Shown: piece by piece, positions 50,993 through 64,000 of the stretch
Layout: each line of letters opens with the position of its first letter
Position numbering within the stretch: the stretch's first letter is position 1
Position numbers and translations under genes: made by a program
The notes under the pieces: model-generated
What the model was told of the DNA's origin: nothing
The model's input: only the letters and a program-made list of their open reading frames with translations
The model's database searches: none
Source: the human T2T-CHM13v2.0 reference genome, Homo sapiens
Direction: 5' to 3' (one strand)
NCBI RefSeq assembly: GCF_009914755.1
Contig: NC_060932.1
DNA length: 64,000 nt

Positions 50993-53431
50993 AACAATTC
51001 TAATTCAACTAATTTATTTTATAGAAATATTTATGTGTGAGAAACAATATTTTCAAGAGTCAAAGATTTAAAACTGCTTAATTGTACATCACTAAGTGGC
51101 TGGCTAATAAATTATAGTACGTTCATCCTTACGGAAGAATACTTTGCAGCTAAAACAGAACGAAAGAGAGGAAACTCTTCAAAATGTTAACTGGGAATGA
51201 CGTTCAAGACTTATTGTTAAATAAAACAAATTGAGAAGAAGAGTCGTTTATTGGTACTAAATTTGTGTCAGTAAAAATGGATTCTATACGTGGGATGGTT
51301 TATAAGTATGTGGAAAAATTCTTTGATGGTTTTTCCTTGAAAAAGTGAAACCTAAATCCACTCCGTTTGGATGTGGGCCTATTTACGGTTGTTGCTTCCT
51401 AAACATAAACTACGTTTAGGCTGATATTTCAGACAATGAAACCTTTGAGTGCCCGTAGCGGGAAGATCTCGGTTGCTGAGTGCAGGGAAGGAGGATGTAA
51501 TTCCATCATATATACTCTCTGTGCCTACCGCATTTGGAACCATGCGAGTGATACGTATTTATAAAATAACATAAACCAAGCACAAGTACGAACTTAGCAA
51601 CACTATATTGAGTTAATAGAACGGTATCTTGTATTTCTTCTGTCCAGGTATACTTATAAATGCCTGCAGGGATTTCACCACCTCAGGGTGGAGAGACTGA
51701 ATGCTTGTGAGGGAATTAGGATGGTGGAATATTGGTGTTACCAGGGAAGGGGGCGGGATGTTTGAAAATGCTATGTTTACTCGTTCTTGGGTTCCAATAA
51801 AGGAGAAACAGGGCACAGGAGTCGGAAGGACTAGTGGCAATAGTGATGAAAGGACCTCCTTATCATGCTGGCTATGTTAATTACCCAGGTGTAGGAAGCC
51901 ATACACTGAGGCGGAAGATCGCAAGTCAGAGTGGCCGGCAGGCACAACCTCCTGGCACACCAGAGGCAGGTCTTCAATACCCACTGGTTTCCCCAACAGG
52001 CTGCGTAAGGGACCCTGAGCCACAGTGAGTTGGTCAAATGCTCCTGACAGTGTGGAGAAACCAACAGGCAAAACGTGGGTGCAAAAGTGATGAGACCCCA
52101 CACTTTACACTCGTGGTGACAATGAAGCTATTAAGTAACAGCTTCTCAACCTATGCTGTTTCCTGTTGGATGCACATAATCCATTTGCACTGCAGACAAT
52201 TTTAGGATGTGGTTTACAGTAAGGTGGATGGTACCTTATGGCAAAAATCTCTCAGAAATTTATGTGTGGTTTTAAAGTCATTCCAGTCCTAGCACGTTGT
52301 GCTTTTCAGAGACGCCATAGCTGTTTTTCCCTTTGTAATATCAAAGCAGTAATATCTTCTCTGGAGGCCTGTTGGGTGAATTTAATGGAATCAAGTTAAG
52401 TAGGTGCCAGAACCATTGCTGTTTTCCCTCCATAGCCCTGCCACCCACTGTAAAAAGGTTGATGAGATTACTTAATGATTTCCAATTAAGTTGTATTTCC
52501 AAATATCATGATTTCCATTTTAATGTAGTTGGTATGGAGCTCTGTGAGTGTGTGCTTCTTTTATTATGGATCACGTTCAGCTTCTTTTTATTTGCCTCCT
52601 AGTCATAATAGTAAAACTCTACTCCTCTACTCCGAGGAGTCCCTACCACCCATCTCATCACTTTCCAGCCCAGCACTCTTCATGCTCATTCATTTAAAGC
52701 ATTCAACATTGTGTAAATGAATCTTGGAAGGCAAAAGCTACTGAATTTAGCGAATTTGTGGAGGCATTGCCACAAATCAGCCAGGTGAAGTTTCACACAA
52801 TCGAAGACTGCACAACTCCTAGAAGGCAGCACTATGCTGCAAACCCAGACGGCCACTCTTCTCACCCCTCGTCCGTTTGCTGTTCTGGATAATGAGGTTC
52901 AAAAGTCACCTAGGCAACTGCCAAAATAGCTGAAATGGAGAAAGGGCTTCAGGCTGGTGACTAGCAGAGGTCCACCTGACCCCCGTAAGCTGCTGAACAA
53001 GTAGGGCTGCCAGAAATGTCCCACTAGGGAATTTGGTAGAGACGAAGACATGCTCACCGGACAAGGGTTCCTCCCAGGATACGCCCGAGCGGAAGAAGCG
53101 GGCTCTGAGCCACGCCCTTTCACCCTCCTCTACCCCGCCCTGGGCTGGTGAAGGTGCGCGCCAGGATGTGGACTACTGAGCCCTGAAGAAATAAGTCCTT
53201 CCACTTTGACCCCATGGAGGATTGCCTGTGAGGAACTTAAACGAGTCTACCAGTGTCTAGACACGGGGGCAGGTCTGTCCGGCACAGCAGCTCCCTCAAG
53301 GAGGAGAAGAGTGAGGAGAAAGGAAACTCAAGTCTCACCATTCTGTCCTGGGAGAGAAGAGGAGGATCTCATCTCTCATCTGTCCAAACAAGGCAAGGAG
53401 ACTTTCTCTCATCTTTCCAAGCAAGGCAAGG

Positions 53432-54318
53432 AGACTTTTTATCATTAGGAAACAAAAAGAATTTAGAAGGAATGAAAGCAGCCCGTAAGGTGAATTCCTA
53501 AGGACTGCCCATTGAAACTGACAAAATTGCCCTTGTTTGATGAGAGGAATGAGCAGAGCATTGATGTGGTGAACAAGGATCTAGTGAGACTTTCCCAGCA
53601 TGTTTCTACCAAAGCTTTATCTAAGCTTCTCAGAACACTCTCCTAATAAGCAGATGTTTGGCCTTTCAGAAAGTCAACAAGCAAAATGCCTTGAGTGTCC
53701 CAAAACACTGATGCCATGATGTGGGCTCCTGACTGGCCTCCTTTTCCTTTGACTGGACCACTGCCACCTCTTGGTAGCCATCGCTTTCATGATGCTTTGC
53801 CTTGGAGATCATATTGGTGAAGCCATGTTCCAACTTCCGCTTACAATTTGTCAGAGGGATGCGTCAGGATCGTGATCCCTCCTGTTTAAAATTTCCACTG
53901 ATAGCTCTCGTCGTAACTGCAGCTGATCTGGGCACAGTGGTTTTCACAGCCACTGCAGGATTCATCTTCCACATCTTCTCACCTCTTCTTGAAACAAGCT
54001 ATACATTCGTAAAGAGTTCATTTCTTTGGGGTAGTGTCCTTACAAGCTTTTCTTAAAACGTCAATGATTTCTTCAATCTTCCACCCAAGCTTCACCATAA
54101 ATTTGATGTTTCCTCTTGCTGCAATTTTCGTGGAATTCATGTTGCTCTGATGGGAGTCCTTTTCAGTGGATGTCTCATCCTTCTTAGTGCCTCAAACTAG
54201 ATCTAGTTCAGAAAGGTTATCAGAAGTTAGGACAAGTTTATTTTAGTGCAAACCAGTGGAAATCCATGCATAGTTTCTTCACCATGTGCATTTTCTATGA
54301 ACCTTTGGAAGACCACCT
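53432..54318 (-). mobile_element. HSMAR2 remnant, inverted block
   Basis: Reverse-complement copy. Confidence 0.85.
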
Positions 54319-54640
54319 GTGTTGAACATTGCCCAAGTCCTGGGAGAGAAGTGGGTGCGGTCCGCTTCCTGTCCTCAATTTGCCCGCAGCGGCGGAGTGC
54401 ACAGAGCAGGGAAAGGCAGCCCCAGAGGGATCCCGCCCTCCAGCATGCAGCAGACTGCTGGCCCAGTCCTGGCTCCAAGGGGTGCTGTGTGGGCCCAAGC
54501 AAGTTGACCAACCTCCCTGAACCTTAATTTAATCCTAGGTAGCCCAATTCCAGTAGCCATTATAGGACTGCCCTGCAGGGACAGTTACTTAACTCAGGAA
54601 AAGCAACCTAGCTCCAAGTTTAGCAACCGGGAGTTCCAGT

Positions 54641-54801
54641 TGATTCCATTAGCGCACCCCCTGAGGCATTCCCAAGCTGGAGTCTGGTGGAAGATGAGGC
54701 TCAGTGTGATTGGACTGAAGCACCAACCTATCAAGGAGAAGTCCCACCCAGTCTGCCCTGTGCCTATATAAAGGCGACAAGTGGCGGCCGCAGCACTCAT
54801 T
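54641..54801 (+). promoter_or_regulatory. Core promoter, copy 5
   Basis: Same motifs as copy 4. Confidence 0.65.
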
Positions 54802-54857
54802 GAAGCCGCCAGTTGGGAGAGGAGCAGAGCCAGGCCGGTGCTCCCGAAGGCAGCAAG

Positions 54858-56885
54858 ATGTTGCGAGCCACAGCTCCCTGCTGGTTCCCCCCTGGATACC
54901 CAGAAGCTAAGAAGGTGGCCGAGGAGGCGGCCCTGGAGGCAAGCCGCCATTTGGGAGGGGAGCAGAGCCAGGCCGGTGCTCCCGAAGGCAGCAAGATGTT
55001 GCGAGCCACAGCTCCCTGCTGGTTCCGCCCTGGATACCCAGAAGCTAAGAAGGTGGCCAAGGAGGCGGCCCCGGAGGCAAGCCGCCATTTGGGAGCGGAG
55101 CAGAGCCCGGCCGGTGCTCCCGAAGGCAGCAAGATGTTGCGAGCCACAGCTCCCTGCTGGTTCCCACCTGGATACCCAGAAGCTAAGAAGGTGGCCGAGG
55201 AGGCGGCCCTCGAGGCTCCAGAATTCCCACTGCCCTCTCATCAGCCTGCCCAGAGCTTCGGGCTCTGGGTGCCCCAGATGCACAAGCAGGCCTCAGCATT
55301 TGTGGACATCCAGGCGGAGCCCCAGAACAGGGGTCCGGCGGTGCCCCCAGCGTGGCCCAAGATGGTGACGGAGTCGTGCTACTTCCCTGCGCAGAGGGGA
55401 TCGGCCTGCCGCTTGCCAGCCGCCCCAAGGCTGACAGAGAGGCCCTCGGGAGTCCGCATCTCAGCCCCCAGGAAGAGGAAGACGATCGCCCACTCTTCCA
55501 GCCCTTGCTTGGTCACAGGTTACACAGATGCCAAGAGAACCCGGGTGGCCAGCAGCAGCCAACGCTCCCGTGGCTCCAAGGTCGGCAGACAGCCAGGGAA
55601 GACGCGCAACAGGTCAGGGATGGCATGCAAGACCACCGCCACCACCAGCTCTAAGCGAATCGTCCGTCGTGCATCCTTACCGAGTTTGAGTTTGAAGAAA
55701 CCCATTATCCTCCGAAGCTCTGGGTGCCAAGTCCCCACCGTCCTCCGCCGAGGCTATCTCCAACTGTTCACCGAAGAGTGTCTCAAGTTCTGCGCCTCCA
55801 AGCAGGAGGCCGAGGAGAAGGCGCTGAACGAGGAGAAGGTGGCCTACGACTGCAGCCCCAACAAGAACAGGTACCTGAACGTGGTCCTGAACACCCTCAA
55901 GAGACTGAAGGGCCTGACCCCCAGCTCCATGCCCGGCCTCAGCAGGGCCGCCCTGTACAGCCGCCTCCAGGAGTTCCTGCTCACCCAGGACCAGCTCAAG
56001 GAGAACGGCTACCCCTTCCCGCACCCCGAGCGGCCCGGAGGCGCCGTCCTCTTCACTGGCCAGGGGAAGGGGCCCGGCGACTCCTCCTGCAGGGTCTGCT
56101 GCCGTTGTGGCACCGAGTACCTGGTGTCCTCCTCGGGCCGCTGTGTACGCGACCAGTTGTGTTATTATCACTGGGGGCGGGTCCGCTCGAGCCAGGTGGC
56201 TGGAGGCCGGGTTAGCCAGTACACCTGCTGTGCAGCTGCTCCTGGCTCTGTGGGCTGCCAGGTGGCAAAGCAGCACGTGCGGGACGGCCGCAAGGAGAGC
56301 CTCGATGGCTTCGTGGAGACCTTCAAGAAAGAGTTGTCCAGAGACGCTTATCCAGGAATCTACGCCTTGGACTGTGAGATGTGCTACACCACGCATGGCC
56401 TAGAGCTGACCCGCGTCACCGTGGTGGACGCCGACATGCGAGTGGTGTACGACACCTTCGTCAAGCCCGACAACGAGATCGTGGACTACAACACCAGGTT
56501 TTCCGGAGTCACCGAGGCCGACGTCGCCAAGACGAGCATCACGTTGCCCCAAGTCCAAGCCATCCTGCTGAGCTTTTTCAGCGCCCAAACCATCCTCATC
56601 GGGCACAGCCTGGAGAGCGACCTGCTGGCCCTGAAGCTCATCCACAGCACCGTGGTGGACACGGCCGTGCTCTTCCCGCACTACCTGGGTTTCCCCTACA
56701 AGCGCTCCCTCAGGAATCTCGCGGCCGACTACCTGGCACAGATCATCCAGGACAGCCAGGACGGCCACAACTCCAGCGAGGACGCAAACGCCTGCCTGCA
56801 GCTGGTGATGTGGAAGGTCCGACAGCGCGCCCAGATCCAGCCACGCCACCGGTCCGCCTCTCCCGCCGCCCTGGCCTGTCCTTAG
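54858..56885 (+). CDS. REXO1L1: REXO1-like exonuclease GOR, copy 5 (inverted block)
   Basis: Protein identical to copies 1 and 4 in the ORF track. Confidence 0.88.
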   Translation: MLRATAPCWFPPGYPEAKKVAEEAALEASRHLGGEQSQAGAPEGSKMLRATAPCWFRPGYPEAKKVAKEAAPEASRHLGAEQSPAGAPEGSKMLRATAPCWFPPGYPEAKKVAEEAALEAPEFPLPSHQPAQSFGLWVPQMHKQASAFVDIQAEPQNRGPAVPPAWPKMVTESCYFPAQRGSACRLPAAPRLTERPSGVRISAPRKRKTIAHSSSPCLVTGYTDAKRTRVASSSQRSRGSKVGRQPGKTRNRSGMACKTTATTSSKRIVRRASLPSLSLKKPIILRSSGCQVPTVLRRGYLQLFTEECLKFCASKQEAEEKALNEEKVAYDCSPNKNRYLNVVLNTLKRLKGLTPSSMPGLSRAALYSRLQEFLLTQDQLKENGYPFPHPERPGGAVLFTGQGKGPGDSSCRVCCRCGTEYLVSSSGRCVRDQLCYYHWGRVRSSQVAGGRVSQYTCCAAAPGSVGCQVAKQHVRDGRKESLDGFVETFKKELSRDAYPGIYALDCEMCYTTHGLELTRVTVVDADMRVVYDTFVKPDNEIVDYNTRFSGVTEADVAKTSITLPQVQAILLSFFSAQTILIGHSLESDLLALKLIHSTVVDTAVLFPHYLGFPYKRSLRNLAADYLAQIIQDSQDGHNSSEDANACLQLVMWKVRQRAQIQPRHRSASPAALACP

Positions 56886-57449
56886 CCCCAGGCCTCTTCC
56901 AAAACCGCCATCAGTCCCGAGAGCTCACCCTGCCCACCTCGCCGCAAAGCGAAAGAAACTGGAGCAGCCGGCGGCAGGAGAGGGCAAAAAGCCAAGAGTA
57001 ACCCCAACCCCCCACTCCCGGTCCCCCGGAATCCCTGCCGCGGCCCCTCGGGCCTGTCCACATCCCTCTGCCCCTCCCAGACCTCTGTCCTTCCACCAAT
57101 CGCCTCCCGCAGCCCCGAGCCGCCACTCCCAGTCCCCCGAGTCCCTGCCGCGCGCCCTCGCGCCTGTCCACATCCCTCTGCCCATCCGAGACCTCTGTCC
57201 TTACACCACTAGCCACCCCACGTGGGACTTCCATGGCTTCTGAGTACAAGGCCAGCCCCCCGGCCCACCAGCTTTCGGAATGCCTGCTTACCTCTTTTTC
57301 TGTAGAGGCACCACAGGGAGGTGGGTGAAGCACTTCGGCTCTGGAGTTACAGATCTGGGTTCAAGGCCAAATTCCACCACTTACTAGGTTTGTAATATTG
57401 GACAGATAACGTCTTTGCGCTTCTACCTTTTGGTCTTTAAAGTGTGATC

Positions 57450-61121
<3,672 letters not shown>

Positions 61122-62535
61122 AAAGTGTGATCCTAATGTCATGGTGCGGACTGAATGAAGCAGCACATGGCAAGCCTTAAAACGATCGCACATAGTAGGT
61201 GTTCAATTAATGTTAACTATATTTCTTTTCTATAATAGTTTATAAAGGGAATTCATGAACACTATGTGATTAATCCTTGGAACAACCCAACAGGTAGGTA
61301 AATAAAGCCTAATTTTATACCTAAAGAAACCGTGCGGCTTAACTTGCCCAAAATAATAATGATTGTAATGAGCACTGGCTGTTGGTTTCTTATGTACTTG
61401 GTACTTTGCACGTATTAACCCAGTCAGTCCTCCTAATAGTTGTGAGAGAGATAGCATTCTTATCCCCATTTTACAGATGAGGAACCTGAAGCCCAGGTGA
61501 TAAGTAGTTTATCCAAGGTATCATAGCTAGAAGTCGGGTGCAGGCAGTCTGGCTCCAGAGCCCCTGCTCTGTCCGCTGACCTAGCTGACTTCCCAAGAGT
61601 CAAAGTGGATTCTTCCCCAAGACCAACCAATTACAATGACTGAATCAGTCAGTCAACTTCGAACTGGGCTCCAAGAGAGAACGAACCATCATGCCTCTCT
61701 AAATCCTCATTTCTAGTTTGAATCTTCAAGGAGAGATAGACACTAAGTAGCTAGTTTTGCTGGAATGGCTGATTTTATCAATGTTTTCGGTGTGTGAGTG
61801 TGTGTGTGTGTATATGTATAGAACTAAATTAAACTGATAATTTGAATGCTTACACTTCCATTAGTTCAATTTGTGTATGTGAGCCCTCACACACATACAT
61901 ACACACACACAAACTGTTCCAGAACAGTGACTTAGTGAAAAACTGGATTTCCACTCTGTCAGACAAATTTCGGAAAGCACTGAAGTAGGGCATTTCTGAT
62001 TGATTTTACCGTTCCCGGAATTTTATTTTCCTTTATCACTTAGACCCCTTCTGTGGGGATTTAATAAATAAACGTCTTTTGTAGTGTATGTTATTTCATT
62101 TTATTTTTATAATTTATATGAATTTTAATTTTAACTTGACAAATAAAAATTATATATATTTATGGCATACAACATGATGTTTCATACGTGTATACATTGT
62201 GGAATGACAAAATCAAGCTAATTAACACACTCGTTTCCTCACATACTGATTTTAATGTGATGAGGACATGTCTAAAATCTACTCTTATAGCAATTTTCAA
62301 GTATACAATACATACTTATACACTGTAGATGCCAGGCTGTTCAATAGATCTCTAGAACCATTCCTCTCTGAAATTTTGTATCATGAGACTATCATCTCTC
62401 CAGTCCCTCCCTGACCCCTGCCTCGGGTAACCACCGTTCTGCTCTCTACAGCTATGAGTTGCATTGTTTGAGATTGCACATATAAGTGAGATCATGCAGT
62501 ATTTGTCTTTTTGTGCTTGCTTTTTAAATCTTTAT

Positions 62536-62841
62536 TATGTAATTATTTATTTTTTGAGACAGGGTCTCAGTCTGTCACCCAGGCTGGAGTACAGTGACAC
62601 AAACACGGCTCACTCACCACGGCCTCCACCTCCCGGGGTCGAGAGTTCCTCCCGCTTCAGCCTCCTGAATAGCTAGGACTACAGGCGTCCAACGCCACAC
62701 TTGGCTAATTTTTGTGTTTCTTTTAGAGATGGGGTTTCACCATGTTGCCCAGGTTCATCTCCAACTCCTGGGCTCAACGCTTCCACCTGCCTTGGCCTCC
62801 CAAAGTACTGGGATTACAGGCATGAGCCACCGTGCCTGGCC
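62536..62841 (-). mobile_element. AluJ-like, last partial unit (4-bp-shorter allele)
   Basis: Reverse-complement copy. Confidence 0.9.
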
Positions 62842-62969
62842 TTTGCTTTCTTTCACTCAGTGTACCATCCTCTAGGCTCATTCGTGTTGCCAATGAGATG
62901 ATTTCTTTCTTTTTTAAGGCTGAATTGTGTTCTATTGGGTATATGTACCGCTTTTCTTTTTATGTTTAA

Positions 62970-63182
62970 TTTTTTTTGGTTTTTTGAGACAGAGTTTCGC
63001 TCGCGTCGCCCAGGCTGGAGTGCAGTGGCGTGATTTCGAGTCACTACAACCTCTGCCTCCCAGGTTGAAGTGATTCTCCTGCCTCACCTGAGATTAGAGG
63101 CATGTACCGGCATGTCCGGCTAATTTTGTGTTTCTAGTAGAGATGGGGTTTCACCATGTTGGCCAGGCTGGTCTTGAACTCC
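62970..63182 (-). mobile_element. Truncated Alu, last partial unit
   Basis: Reverse-complement copy. Confidence 0.9.
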
Positions 63183-64000
63183 AACAATTCTAATTCAACT
63201 AATTTATTTTATAGAAATATTTATGTGTGAGAAACAATATTTTCAAGAGTCAAAGATTTAAAACTGCTTAATTGTACATCACTAAGTGGCTGGCTAATAA
63301 ATTATAGTACGTTCATCCTTACGGAAGAATACTTTGCAGCTAAAACAGAACGAAAGAGAGGAAACTCTTCAAAATGTTAACTGGGAATGACGTTCAAGAC
63401 TTATTGTTAAATAAAACAAATTGAGAAGAAGAGTCGTTTATTGGTACTAAATTTGTGTCAGTAAAAATGGATTCTATACGTGGGATGGTTTATAAGTATG
63501 TGGAAAAATTCTTTGATGGTTTTTCCTTGAAAAAGTGAAACCTAAATCCACTCCGTTTGGATGTGGGCCTATTTACGGTTGTTGCTTCCTAAACATAAAC
63601 TACGTTTAGGCTGATATTTCAGACAATGAAACCTTTGAGTGCCCGTAGCGGGAAGATCTCGGTTGCTGAGTGCAGGGAAGGAGGATGTAATTCCATCATA
63701 TATACTCTCTGTGCCTACCGCATTTGGAACCATGCGAGTGATACGTATTTATAAAATAACATAAACCAAGCACAAGTACGAACTTAGCAACACTATATTG
63801 AGTTAATAGAACGGTATCTTGTATTTCTTCTGTCCAGGTATACTTATAAATGCCTGCAGGGATTTCACCACCTCAGGGTGGAGAGACTGAATGCTTGTGA
63901 GGGAATTAGGATGGTGGAATATTGGTGTTACCAGGGAAGGGGGCGGGATGTTTGAAAATGCTATGTTTACTCGTTCTTGGGTTCCAATAAAGGAGAAACA

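Overview
Primate, most likely human, DNA made entirely of a ~12.19-kb gene-bearing macrosatellite. It matches the REXO1L1/GOR tandem array (8q21.2, from prior knowledge). Each unit carries an intronless 675-codon REXO1-like DEDDh exonuclease ORF with a TATA/CCAAT/Inr promoter, a decayed HSMAR2 mariner, two Alus, an L1M fragment, MIRs and a 3.67-kb 5'-truncated L1PA with an intact target-site duplication. About three units point leftwards (1-35.8 kb). The array then flips at a fold-back junction (~36,718-36,724, A-run microhomology, 915-bp spacer), and ~2.2 units point rightwards, giving a palindrome with arms of at least 27 kb and head-to-head genes. Main observations: the exonuclease catalytic residues are intact in all five copies; a 108-codon in-frame extension carrying the GOR epitope lies behind a single TAG; DUX4-type motifs sit in the promoter; old repeats appear to have gained CpGs; and paralogous variants are mosaic across the inversion. 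Repeat subfamily calls and consensus comparisons are from memory, not from a search.
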